A DNA stretch of 61,884 nucleotides, counting the filler, from Basidiobolus ranarum (Eukaryota), in assembly GCA_040143965.1 (NCBI GenBank). It is 8 parts of 8 records of this genome, joined end to end, with 100 filler letters (N's around TTAATTAATTAA, not from the genome) between each part and the next. Parts side by side here need not be neighbours in the genome. Positions count along the whole stretch, not along the records: positions 7,773 to 15,434 come from JASJQH010001084.1; positions 15,535 to 23,193 come from JASJQH010001085.1; positions 23,294 to 30,943 come from JASJQH010001086.1; 5 more parts are not named here. One strand, written 5' to 3'. Below are positions 12,492-25,716 of this stretch, piece by piece. Positions within the stretch are counted from its first letter, which is position 1. Every line of letters begins with the position of its first letter. Position numbers and translations under genes: made by a program. The notes below the pieces were generated by a model, which had not been told where the DNA came from, did no database searches, and worked only from the letters and a program-made list of their open reading frames with translations.

Positions 12492-13828
12492 GATTACAAT
12501 ATTATTTGTTATTTGAATATGTAGAAGACCTCTCAGAGGCAAAATAAGGGATCAAGACAACAAAGGACGTGGCTTTGAAAGAAATTCAGATTATCTGCTG
12601 ATCGGTGGTGATTTCGAAAGTAACAGAATTTCAACGCAAACACACTTTTCGTTGAAGATACGGGTGTAGTATACAAAGTGTGAAAAATAATTGGTATAAA
12701 AATAGAATGAAGGAGAAATAGGGAAGAAAGGAATGGTTGATAATGGCTGCACCGCCTCTTTAATTCGACAAATCCATGATGAATTATATTTATGGAATAT
12801 TATCTTCTTATTTCGGAAGACATTGCCTATATTAACTGTATAGTTGTTTTCCAGATCAGAATTCGATACGAAAGCCTGTTTCATAAGAGTTATGAATATG
12901 CCCAAGTGCGAAACATCTAGTGCAAAAGTTGAAGCTGATTCTTTATAGAGAACACGATAGGAATCCACCATGCGACATAGAAATACGTTATTGAAAACCT
13001 CATGTACAGTAAAATTCGTTGACAGCCATGGATGTTGATCAAGTGTTTGACAACCTCTGATGCACAATGTATGGCGTAGTTCGATTTGGAACCACAACCC
13101 AAGCTACTAATTGGGCTAACTTCAACTAGAGGCAGGCAGACTGCTTTTGATGTAATCCTGGATAAAGGAGCTAGTGTTACTAACGTGTGGTGTTTATTGG
13201 AAGGCTTTGCTCTCACGATTGTGCATAATATTTGATCATGATCAGAAAGTATCCTGGAAACAAAGATGTTGACTCTTCCACCCTACAATGGCGAATGTTG
13301 ATATCCCTCACAGTAACAGTGGGTGTTTGCAATCATTCTTACAGAGTGGCACTAGTGTGTGTGCTCACAAATCAGGCATCTACGATCACGCAGCATCAAA
13401 GCCGAGGCGATTTTAACAGCTTACGAAACAGGGGGCGACATGACTGTAGTATGATGTAGACACCATGCTCGGAAATTAGAATTACAAATACTTGAGTCAC
13501 CCAGGGTTTATTTCTTGCCATGCAGTATTGGCAGTTGTGGAAGAAGATGATTGATTAATTAACTCCCTTCAAATTATTTGATGCCAAATATACATTTCTT
13601 GTCAACTACACTCGCACGCCTGGCCAATAGTCCGAGCCCACGCTGTCATCTTGATACACGTGATCAGCAAGTAAACTCTTATATTCAACAGCACCTTCGC
13701 TTTTTTGATTGTGAATTTTCCTAATTTTATCTATTGATTAATTCCTTTTTTAGTTGTTTGTTGATTGCTATAAGCCTAAATTCTTGGTCTAGCTTAATAT
13801 TATTATCTTCCGGTGTTTATAGAGCCAA

Positions 13829-15434
13829 ATGAAGTTGTATTTTTATCTCACTCCCTTTATATCGCTCATTCTACCATATGCAATCGGTGCCAGTTCTAAT
13901 GAAAAGACTACTCAACAATATCTCGATGAAGCAAATCGTATGTTAGCTGCTGGCCGATTCAGTGAAGCCCTTTCCAATTATGATTCTGCCATAGGTATGT
14001 ATATATGCTTATGTTCTCTCGTAAGGCATACCATAACGAATTTTCTTATTTACAGAGAAGGATCCTTCAAACTACTTGACTTACTTTAAGCGTGCTACCA
14101 CTTATTTATCATTGGGTCGTAGTAACGCTGCTCTTGAAGATTTCAATAAGATTTTGAGTATCAAACCGGACTTTGAGCAGGTATTTTTCTTTCGTACATT
14201 CTCCAAACGAAGCAATATTTTAATTATAATTTAGGCACTTTTTCAACGAGCAAAAATTAATCTCAAAGAAGGATTCCTTTCAAAAGCCAAATCTGATCTG
14301 AATGAATATATCAAGAACAATCCGTCCAGTTCTGAAGGGAAAAAATACGTACTACGCATTTTTACTAGAATATTTGTGAAGTTTCGCGTGCTAACCCTCT
14401 ATATCTAGCTTGAAGATGCACAGGAAACTGAGAAGTCTATCGACCTGGGTGAAATAGCTCATAAATCGAAGAGCTACGATGACTGCATCAAGCATTTTAC
14501 GAAAGCCATATCAATTGCTGTATCCATGCCAAGTATACGACTTAAAAGAGCTGAGTGCTATTTAGGTAAAGGTGATATTGAAGAAGCCGTTGGTGATTTC
14601 TCGTAAGTGTTTATCCACCACAGAGTTTCATGAATTTGATATCTTACTTTTTTTCTAAAGTCGTACAGCCACGCTCAACCCTTCGGACTCCTCCAATCTG
14701 TATAAGCTATCTGGTCTACATTACTTCATTCTCTATGATTCTCAACATGCTCTTAGTTCAATCAAACAGTGCCTTACATATGATCCTGAAGACAAGTTAT
14801 GTAAGCCAATGTTTCGCAAAATTAAAAAATTGGAGAAGGAAGTCAAGAAAGTGGAAACCGATGTAGAAAAGAAGCTGTTCCTTGCTGCTATCAATAAACT
14901 GATAGGCCCCAATTCGAACGACGGCCTCATTTCCAAGATGGAAGAGGAAATACGAAACACTGTAGAGTCGGCTGGAATTACTACCAACCCTAGGTCACAG
15001 CTGTATATAAAACTTGCGCAATTAACTTGTACAGCGTATATTGGAAGGAAGAATGGTTCATTGTCTAAACATTGGTGCGCTGAGGTACTCAAATACGATG
15101 AAGAAAATTTAGAGGCGCTTGTCGGACGTGGAGATGCCCATTTATTAGATGATGAATTTGAAGAGGCTGTTCGCGATTTCACGAAAGCTCAAGAGCTAAC
15201 CAGTGGGCATGATCAAAATGTTCAAGAAAAGTTAACGCGGGCCCAAAGACTCTTGAAACAATCGCAAACTAAAGATTACTACAAGGTACTTGGTGTAAAT
15301 CGATCAGCATCGAAACGGGAAATAAAGAAAGCATATCGCAAGTTAGCAGGCCAATGGCATCCTGATAAATACAAGGGTGGCCTCTCTGCAGATGCGGTAG
15401 CCAAGAAAATGAGTGAAATCAATGAAGCATATGA
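13829..15434 (+). CDS. ER TPR + J-domain co-chaperone (DNAJC3/P58IPK/Jem1-like), 3' end cut by contig end
   Basis: Signal peptide, TPR repeats across several short introns, C-terminal J domain KDYYKVLGV...[16 protein letters not shown]...INEAY. Confidence 0.92.
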
Positions 15435-15534
15435 NNNNNNNNNNNNNNNNNNNNNNNNNNNNNNNNNNNNNNNNNNNNTTAATTAATTAANNNNNNNNNN
15501 NNNNNNNNNNNNNNNNNNNNNNNNNNNNNNNNNN
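15435..15534. other. Artificial contig linker
   Basis: N44-TTAATTAATTAA-N44. Confidence 0.99.
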
Positions 15535-15884
15535 ACCAGCAAACTCAATATGAGCAATCCCAACCAGAGCAACCCTTGTATTCGTCTAATTCAGGACATG
15601 TTCGACAACAGCAAGAGCAACCCTTATATTCGTCTAATTCAGGACATGTTCAATCACAGCAGTTTTTGAATACAGCCCCGAATCCCTTCTCGCAGCCATC
15701 TCAGGAACAACAGTATATGCAACAACAATCGACCACCCCCACATTCCAAGTGCAGGCAGAATTACAACATTCGTTCCAACCAACACTTCAGCCGCCGGCT
15801 GCCCAACATACACTATTAATGCCTGGTCAACCCAGGTCGGAACGAATGCAGTTGGGTCAGGAGACGTCACTAATTCAATTGTAA
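15535..15884 (+). CDS. 3' end of a Gln/Pro-rich protein ending in a clathrin-box-like LIQL* (Vps27/Hrs- or epsin-like adaptor)
   Basis: Frame is open from the contig start; Q/P-rich, contains an NPF motif, ends ETSLIQL-stop like the LIEL/LIDL termini of Vps27 and Ent1/2. Contains a 48-bp duplication (15566 and 15614). Confidence 0.55.
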
Positions 15885-16477
15885 ACACTAACGGGAATAT
15901 CTTGCATCTGTTTATTAATATTAGCTTCCCAATTATTAGAAATATTTATTAAAGCGGCTTGTATGACAATGCTTTTACGGTCTTCGTGTTATTATATTTG
16001 TTACTCTTTCTCATGTGTACTAATCCTCAATAAAAGCAGTGCCTTCTTCAATTCATTCAAACGAAATCCTCCCGGTCAACAGAAGATGATCAAGTAGCAT
16101 CTGCAACATAACTAACAATATGATTTATCAAAGAAATGACGTTTTAGAACATCTTTCATCACAACTAGCCACTTTAGTAGTCAGAAAATAGTGATATCAA
16201 CTCGAGCAAACTCAGAGAAGCGTATGGTATGCAGAATAAATTTACGCGGAATGGCTACCTGCATACATCAAGACACAAATACTTAACTCAATATATTCTC
16301 TCGTTTACTTCTGGCCTTTTATTTCACTTCACTTCTCATCTTGAGAGCTCCAAATATTACAGACTTCACTATAATCAATTTCTAGAACATATGTCCTCTC
16401 TAATTATCAACAAAGCAGTCAACGAATATATCTAATTTACACGGGAGAGTCAATACTGAAAAAGAAAAAGGAAATCA

Positions 16478-17898
16478 CTACTCCAGTAAATGGCCTTTGA
16501 ACATCATCTGAATCTCTTCTGTCGAAGGGAAATACTGAACTTCTGTAAACAAAGGCGTAAGATTAGTAGCTGTGGAGAATAGAGAATATAGCTCTGCAGC
16601 ATACCTATGGATTCAACGACTACTGGAATAAGTGTTTTCTCGTAAATTTTTTTACGAATATTTCGATCTAATCGGAATCGGCTTTGAAATAACTTGGGCA
16701 CTTTTCGTAGGAGAAATCAAAAATATACGTTGTTATTAAAAATTCCAGTACTTCTCGATAAAGGATCATAAAAGTTACCTCCACCAGAGAACCATAATTT
16801 AGCGTTTAATGGCTTGTAAATATCCCCAAACAGCTCTTGAATGTCATTTGTTTGACTCTAAAATAAGTAGAATTATAAGTTTACATGAATCAAGGTCAAG
16901 GATCGATTGGTAACTTACAAAATGAATACGAATGAATTGCTCATATGTGTCGCGGTGTATCTTACTTCCTTTCCCACCAAATACGAGTTGAAAATTCTGA
17001 GGACTTATACTTTCATCAATCTAAACCAGGAAGCCATCAATTGAGGCGCAAAGCAATCCATTTGTCAATCTTGTCTACACCTACCTTGGTTGAAAAGTCA
17101 TCATAACGACGAAGGAACTTTTTTCGCTTAAGTTCGGCAGCAAGTTTTCGATAAACGCGCTCCAAAAATATATTTCTCATACTAAGAATGATCTTCTCCT
17201 CTAGATTTCATAGACGTTAAAATTTTAGAAATATACAGTGTGAACTTTGTGGCTTACCTAATGAGCACTCCTCCCCCAATAAAGAATTAAAACAACGGGT
17301 AAAATCTGGGTATTTGTCGCATGATGTGGGATCGTTGGATAAAGTGGGTAATTGATTGAACATATGTTCGACCTCAAAAAGTCTATTGGTAAGAAGTGCA
17401 AGTACGTCGGATTCGGTGCATTCTTCTGGTAATTCGGTCAAATCAACTTTTTCTATCGATTTCAAAGAAAGTTAAACAAATTTCTCATGAGTAACTGAAG
17501 AAACATGCTAACCTCCAGTAGACAAGGAAAACTCTCTAGCGGAAAGAAGTCTATTTTGCCTTTCGGAATCAAGTTCACCTCTTCTGGCTCTCGTACGCCT
17601 TCGAATAAACCACTGATTTATTGCCTATTGTAAGCGTATCAACAACCAGGTCAGAAATGAACAGTATTTCATAGATGCATTTCTTTACTACATTCCAATT
17701 GGCGTACTCAGAAAATACAATAAAAAAGAAACTAACTTCTATCGGTTCATTCAGTTGCTCAGCTAACTGGGTAGCATCTTCAGGGGAATTGTAGATAGAT
17801 AGTCGGAAACGCTCTTCCAGAACTTTTAATGTTTCTTCAGGAAAGTAGTTTCTCGAACGAGTTGGTTGGTTTGTTTGTTTCGGTTCTCCTCCAAACAT
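16478..17898 (-). CDS. Homeodomain protein with an unrecognised C-terminal region, about 8 exons
   Basis: RSRNYFPEETLKVLEERFRLSIYNSPEDATQLAEQLNEPIE | intron 17625-17736 | AINQWFIRRRTRARR gives exact homeodomain spacing (R5,F8,L16,F20,Y25,L34,W48,F49,R53). Further GT-AG-bounded exons run to a stop at ~16478. Confidence 0.8.
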
Positions 17899-19589
17899 AT
17901 TAACTAATTATTCATTTATTATTATTACTTTGTAAGACATGCAAAAACCCTTGGCAAAGGTCTTTATGGGAAAAAATCATCATAATAGCTTTACTTTTTT
18001 TTTTAACTAGTAGGAACTTTTTTTCGATTTCCTTGGAATTCATGATGAAATCTTGTCGCTTGAATTATTAGGAAATAATACCACCTCAGACGTGTTTGAT
18101 CGCCAAAAAATTAGAAGATTTAAAGAATTCTTTTTCGAATCTGGAGTATTTGGAATCATCTAAGCTTACTGATCATTAGGCTCGTGATGTCACTATTTAT
18201 AGCATATATAGTTTATAGTTACATACATAATATTGTTTAACCAACGTATCGCACCCAAACCCTCGAAAGAAGTTGATTGTATTTTAATCAGATCCAGCTT
18301 CAAACCTTGGTAGCACACTTGGAGCATTTCTATCTTCCAACTCATAGTCTTGAATTACGCTTGTATCTTACCGCAATAGGGTAAATATGGGATCACGGCT
18401 GCTTATATAACCTTTGAGCGCTCATTTACTCATGCTGTGGTATCTTTTACTATCTTAAACAGTAAGAAGTGATTATGACAGACTGCAATGCTTCATCATG
18501 ATCGAGAGCATGTATTTTGTAGCAAACATGGATCTATAATGCAGCTGCTCTTAAGGCTCAATATCATTATATGGAATATAGTGAATTGCCAGTCATACAA
18601 GAAGCAAATGTGGCAAAGCATAAACTTAAGTTATAACTGATTTGATTTCAAGCATCTCGACAATTAATTTCTTCATTTACTCTTAGTATTGCCAATTGTA
18701 ATGAGAAACTGACTACGATTTAAGTATGCTATTCCCGAACCTCATCAAAAGTTTGATTTTAAATATAGGATTTGTAGTGAACGTTGTTGTAGAATATGCA
18801 GTTCTTAAATTGTTAACTAATGCCATTTTACCGAGAAACCTACAGTGTGGGATATGAGTTTTAAAAAATTTCCTTCATTTGAGATTGTTTGTGATATCAC
18901 CGAAGCAAATTTTATTTGAGAACTGCATAGATATATATACAGTTATTATTTTGTAAACTTAAGCTACTGGACTATTTTAACAATGCAACAGTGCTCATTT
19001 GTCAATTGATGAGAAATTACTGAACAAGATAGTCAAAGAGGGACTCAAGTTAGCCAAATTGTCAAGGAATTCAGCACCTATTGTACTACTTTTTGAGAGT
19101 CATTACATATTGTATTCAAGTACCCAAGATTTATATTTGCCGCTCCTAGTCTGAATCATTTGGGTTTGGAAACCAACATACATTGGAAATACTGCAGATT
19201 ATTATTCTACCTTTAAGCACACACCATGAGCACATATCTGTTACTACTTCTTACATCAATCCACAGGATTAGCTTTGTGCTTGCTTCAAATATATGTACT
19301 GCAATCCAAAACTTTGAATCTATGTAAATATCATATCTTTGCCAAGAGCTGGCTTCAAAGGCAATTCTAGATGAAGATAGCTTGACACTTCTAGAACAGT
19401 GTAAGAGAGCGGTTGATCTATATACACTCATACCTGAAACTGAATTACCTTTCTTGCATGAGTTTTTTTAAACAACAATAATTCTGCATTCATAACAGTA
19501 TTCAACTTGATATTTGACACTTAGCTTAGCACAGCTCTAATAATAGACTTTGATAATACAATGGTGCTTGCACTCCCCTGAGAGTTACT

Positions 19590-19920
19590 GTTAAAATATC
19601 TTGGGAGCCTGTTGGAAGTGGTTTGGAGAATCAGGGAAATTGGTGGTTTTCACTTATTAATTTATTGAGTAGAAAGTTGACATTTATGGTATTGTCAAGA
19701 AGTAAGCAGACAAGCGTATAGAATGTGCTAAAGAAGGCCTCAGAAACATGTGTGCAAAGTTTGGGGTTTCTAGCATAAGTTTGAAAAATCTACATATCTG
19801 AGAAGTTCTAAGTAAATTCCAATTGAGAATAGTGGGTGACATCTTAGTGAAGTATAGGATTACTAAATACTAAGCTACATATGACTATATAGGTGTTTAG
19901 GCAATGCTAATTTCAACACT
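19590..19920 (-). repeat. Interspersed repeat family, copy C (inverted relative to A and B)
   Basis: Reverse complement aligns by eye with both 6535-6790 and 7344-7558; CpG-poor. Confidence 0.8.
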
Positions 19921-22900
19921 AATCAGAGGTAATCTTGAGATATGCTCTCTTGATATAAGACGCATAATAAAGGGTTCAGCAGATAATTCAATGAACCAGA
20001 AATATGGTATCTGAGATTTAAAAATGATTTGTTATATGCCAACCTAGGCAGTTCAAACTTCATTATGAGGCTTGGATCAGCATGAAACCTCATACTTAAC
20101 ATTCCTAAAAAGTAGAAAATGAACAACCCTTAACTTCATGAAGTATTCGGGAGAATTGATTTAGCAACAGCCTAAAGGGCCGGAGATTTTTTTCTACGGT
20201 GAGCAGTAATACAAGTTTTCCATAGTGAACAAGGCTCGTCTACGAATCTCTTGGTAAGATATCTCTTTATCCGACATGTATGCATGGTGGCTAGAACACA
20301 CTAAATCCATATAACATACTCCACGAACACATACAGCTTAAACATGAGATTCTAGAATCTGCCTCGAGCTGTATCTCATGACTTGAATTTTACCTTTATT
20401 ACATTTTATGTTGGGGAAATAGTATGATTTAGGCCGAAAATGAAAATCTAAGCTATAAATGACCGTTTTTACGTCGCTTAAACCTGTGATGATTATTTGT
20501 AGCTTGACCCCACATTTGGTGCGTTGAAAGCCTAATATATGCAATATACAAGCCTAAACTGAAGGTAACCAAAAAGGGCGTATACTAGTCATTTCGTCTA
20601 CATCCATTGAAACAAATAGCCCAAGTTGTAGCTTATGTGGGAAACCAGTGTTAAGCCTAGCTGAACCGATCAGGTTCGACCTGATGAAAAGAACACCATC
20701 ATTCCATCTGACCAATTCCCATTCTAGTGAGAATAAAGATGAGTCAAGTTGTGATCATCAACGCATTTATAGCATATTAAAGTAATATATTCCTATTACA
20801 GCTCAGATGGCTTAACGTGATTAAAGTTCCACATCCTGAGTATAATTTACATCTCGTCGCTTTTGGATTGATCTCATTTCCACAATTTATAATCCCATTT
20901 TCTATTTTCACCAGTATCCTCCTGCTTCGAACGGATTTAGCAGAGTAGAATACTCCAAGTGTTACATGACGCAAATGAAGCTCGCTTTGCCACTTCTACC
21001 TAGTACAAGTCTAGACATGCCCTGGTCTCTTCTTTTCTTCTCTTCTCCCTACGGTTTTGGATCAGTGAGGCTGGAAATGGCTTCCAAACAAGCCAATATG
21101 GAAGGAGAGCTCTTTTACGAAAAGAACCAGCCCGATACCCATAACATTAGGATTCTCGTCCTATCTACTCCCATTAAGAGATCACTTGGCTACGACAAAG
21201 CTGATATCATTTCGGAAGATGAAGGTGGCTCAACGCGTACAGTAGAGTGAGATAAGGGGAGCTTTTCTTTTTTGTACTACCTTCCGCCATTTCAGCTCCA
21301 GGCATTACTGAAGCATACCATTCAATAGATTTAGCCACGTTTTTTTGCACCTCATTTCTTTCAAATGCAATATACGTTTAGATCCTCAGCATTGCTACTA
21401 GAATATCTCCAGATCTAATTGTCATAATTAAAAGAAATTACATCATATTCATCGAAATTTAAATATGCTGAATGACGCACTTCTTAGCTTATTTACACGG
21501 AGCCGAGTCGTCACTCAAGGGTACTTTTGATTCGTGAATTGTCAAATAGATTGAAAGTCATTTAAGTCGCTCCGGCGATTTGCAAAAAAGCAGCGATATA
21601 AGTGATGGAAACATGACATCTATTCTGATGAAATACCAATCAACCTCTATCGTGTTGATTCACACGTTTCTCTTACCACCTTTTAGTGTTACAAAATACC
21701 ACACGTGAAAATGGATTTCTCTAGGAATGAAGTGATTATCGTGGTATCACCTGACTATGATGGAAGGAAGGATCACAGATATTGAGCTATCCGTCTCCGT
21801 GTGGTCATTTAGCAGTCTGAAGCAGGATAGAAATTAGTGCTCCAATACAAGCTATGCTATTGAACCTCAGCATGTATGTTATACATAGCTTTGTGACTCG
21901 AACAATCCAGAACAGAAGAGACAATCGGAAATCAAGTGTTGTGTACTGCCTTTGACACAACTCTAACTCTTTTTCCTTTCTGTACTACATCATTCATGGA
22001 TAGTGTACACCATCATTGAGCGAACGAATGATGCTACAAAATACTTCAAATTGATGTAATTACCCATCTCTATCATGTATATTTTTCGGATAATTTTCCC
22101 AAGACTATTTTGGTCCATCCTGGACTGGTGGTGTAGCTTATTATATCTGATAAAAAAACCTGTTACACCTTTGAGTAGCTTCAAGACGACTCCAGCACCT
22201 GCACTAAATGAACGCTTCCAACTGGAAAAGAGAGCATGCCTCTGTAGTTTTGAGATTTCGGCATTCCATTTTAGTAGCAGTTGCGCAATCAGTGGCTGTG
22301 GTCTCCAGCGATCACTAAATGGTAATTCAGTGTGACATTGAATATATTAGAATGCTGCTAAAGCTACTGGTTGTTGGTAAGTACGAAATCCCTTACCACT
22401 TACACATCATGGCCTTCAATCTCTCAGCGTATTTTTCCTTAAACAAATCTTAGAATCAGATAGAAATCGGATATTTTGAATGGAGGAGATCTTGAAGATG
22501 TGAAATTAGATCTAAAGACTCCCCAATCTATTGAAATGTCATTGTGTTGAGTTGATTTGAAGCAACAACTTCGCCAGTGGCTATGAGGCTGATGATTACG
22601 TAAATCGACTCAGAAGGCGGTTATTTCAAACTAGAGTTGCCTATCATCCAAACGATATTAGATTCTTCAGATTTACACGATATTTGAAACCTTTGAAACG
22701 ATGTTTAAAAGTATGGGCAAGTTGTCAATGGTATGGCGCTTTATTTTTGGAAGATTTCAAATCACCTTGCGTATTCTCATCCTCCCGTTCTACCCGCATC
22801 GTTCCCTTACTAAAACCATCCAGATCAAAATAGATACTCACGAAGACACTTGAGAGATAAACAAAAAGAGGATTTATTATTGCGCCGATTTAGGCCAAAC

Positions 22901-23193
22901 AATGGTTGGGTTTCAAATGAATATGCATTAGACTGTAGAGGCAAGACGGCAGGTGAGAAGTGATTTGGTTAGGCAGGTTGTTTGTTACAAAATGAGGCTG
23001 GACCTGGCTGCTTGTAAATCAATACAGTGTCAACATAGTGATTCAAATTTCATTTCATCTCATGGTACACAGGAAATTGTCGAGAACAAATCACCTGAAA
23101 TTATCTGGTGCATATGCTACTGTTGTGATCTCTACCTACATCAACCCCCCCCTGCTTCGCTCCTCCCCTGGGTTCGCGGCAATGCACTCTTCT

Positions 23194-23293
23194 NNNNNNN
23201 NNNNNNNNNNNNNNNNNNNNNNNNNNNNNNNNNNNNNTTAATTAATTAANNNNNNNNNNNNNNNNNNNNNNNNNNNNNNNNNNNNNNNNNNNN
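23194..23293. other. Artificial contig linker
   Basis: N44-TTAATTAATTAA-N44. Confidence 0.99.
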
Positions 23294-25317
23294 ACGAGGG
23301 CTTCATGCATAGCTTCATTTGTCTGTACATTGCTTTGGCTTATAGTGTCCAACACATAAAGGGTTGCTGAAGTGTCTTTCGTCAAAGAGCAGCAGTCACA
23401 CATCAATTTATAAAGATTAGCATCAGGTTCAACGGGTGGACTTTCTCTCGACATTTGATGACGCACCACTGTTAAAGCATAAATCGCCTCGTTGTAGTCC
23501 TCTTTAAGTATGGAGATTAAAGAGGTATATAGGCCTCTATCACGGTGAACTCGTGAAAGACTTAATTCACGCCAACGACGCTTGATTGACTCGTATTGAC
23601 CACCAAATGCAAAGGCGTAAAACATAGTCAACAGTGTTTTACGATCGTGCGAGACTCCTTGTTTCATCATCATACGCTCAATGTCGTATACAGACCAATC
23701 AAAGTTGTAGTTCAGGTGGGCGTTTTTAAAAGAAGTGATGTTGGATTCAGGTCCATATGCAAAAACTTGATGAGGAAGACAAGCTTCAAACATATGATGG
23801 AAAGCGGTAGAATCACACTCCAATCCCTTGGCTCTCATAGTTCTATGAATCTCTAGCACTCTTTGTAGCCTGATTTTAGGACTTTCAGAGAATTCACCTG
23901 TTCTAGCATAGCTGGCCATCGCAGCTAGATATGTCTCTTGACTTGGGTAAACGTTTTTCTCCTGAGTAGATGCCAACAAGTCTCTAATATGGTCGATGGG
24001 GTATTTTTGAGGGTCAAGTAGATTCATGCAGCCATATCCACTGAGGTAAAGACCAGAGCATTCACTATCTAGGGTCTTTTTTGAAGTCTCAATTTCCTCC
24101 ACTAGCAGCCTCCAATGTTCGATTAATTCCATTTCGGAAACACCACTTTTCTTTCTAATTGCATTGACATTAACTCTAAGTAAATGTGGCATAAAATCGT
24201 ATTCTTCTCCAGCGCTTGCATCAATACTTTGAGCTGCCAAAGCTAGCTTTTTAGTATTCGCGAGATCCCCGGCCTTGCTTGTATTCATTGCAAGCGCCCA
24301 AAGAGGTTCTTGGCACGGAGATGAGCCGTAGATGGATATCATCTCTTCATAAAGCTCCATAGCTTTGGTGAGATTTCCGCATCTAGAATAAGCACAGATG
24401 GCTTGTGAGTAAATGTTGGGCGTCATGGCCTCATCACTAGAAAGTAATTCATGGAGAACACCTGGAATAGAGGCTTCGCTTCCTGTACAGCCAAGGGTCT
24501 AAACGTAACATGAATGAATATTGAATTTTAAAGTTGGAAAATAAATAAGTCTTACTCGAATAAAAAGTCCCCAAATATTTTCATTGAAGGATCTAACACC
24601 AATTTCCTTCATTTTCTGTAACACCCACAGGGCTTCAGTGCCTAAGCGACCGTGGTCAGATGACCACATATTTCTTGGAGAAACTAATGCAGAAAGACAT
24701 GATTCCCACACGTCTAAATTGATTTCTAAACTTTCTGCCGTGAATTCAGGAAAATCAAGAGCAATTTCATCCATTTGGTTAGAGCTACGAGTAATCGGAG
24801 CCTTTCTTTCCAAGATATTTCTTACAAGGTATATAGTAAGGTCGACATCAGTTGACTTTTTGGCTGTTTGAAGTAAGAGTTGATACGTCTCGAAAGATGG
24901 TACATGATTAGCTCCGTCTTCATTGTACATTGAGTTCAAAACTTCAAGTGCGCTTCTTAAATCACCCTCTGTAGCACAGCCTCTAAGTACCTGGTGGAAA
25001 ATCTCGATGGAAGGGGTAGGATTATCATGGACTAGCTTTTTAATCTCGGCGCGAAGAGTGCTACTTGAACTATCAGTCACTTGGTTTCCAATATTTTTTA
25101 AAGGAAAATGAGTTTCTAAATATTAACGTATGCATGAGTTAAGTGGCAGTTGAATACTTCATTGAACGATATCCGTACCTGGTATTTGTTTTGATAAAGC
25201 CGAAGCTACAGGCCGGACAATCCTGAAGTGTCGTACATTCTGCTGGACACTCGTGAGAGGTTCACGAGGAAAAATTTTACTTAATAACGCAGAGCGTCGT
25301 GCCAAACTGCGCAGCAT
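23294..25317 (-). CDS. Mitochondrial pentatricopeptide-repeat (PPR) protein, 3' end cut by contig end
   Basis: Arg-rich presequence MLRSLARRSALLSK; PPR motifs PSIEIFHQVLRGCATEGDLRSALEVLNSM, PNIYSQAICAYSRCGNLTKAMELYEEM, PDANLYKLMCDCC; two short introns. Confidence 0.88.
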
Positions 25318-25716
25318 GTCTATTTTCGAGTGCTAACAGGTGATGTAGTTAGGCACTTTATTTTACAACTTCCAACAAGTACGTTTGTTTCAACTATAAT
25401 TTCCCGAGGCCAAAGAAGAAAGCAAGTATCAATTTTTTTCTTCATATTTCAACACCCTCGATCAATTGAAATAGCCCACACTTTACTTTTCCGAGAAGAT
25501 TGCCCTAAATAATGAGCTATTGATTGGTAGAAAATTATGGATATAAATTAATATTATTTCTCTATTTTAATACAATTGTCCAACAGATCTTAGGTAATCA
25601 CAATGTATAAATCATTTAAAAAATTTATTGATATATAGTTCCATCATTAGTTCTTTTCTCATGTACAAAACAGCATAGCACGACAAGGCAGTCAAATACG
25701 GACTCTTATCTCGGCT

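Noticed and set aside
12591..13459. Overlapping ORFs between the LysM and DnaJ genes
   Set aside because: Non-ATG starts, no motifs, and located in a divergent promoter region; probably spurious.
20615..20690. tRNA-like signal (tagcttatgtgg ... atcaggttcgacctgat)
   Set aside because: A- and B-box-like spacing is present, but there is no acceptor stem, the T-loop is non-canonical and no anticodon arm is clear.
20840..22420. Possible pseudogene fragments in the gene-empty half of contig 3
   Set aside because: Translations in several frames gave nothing I could assign to a family.
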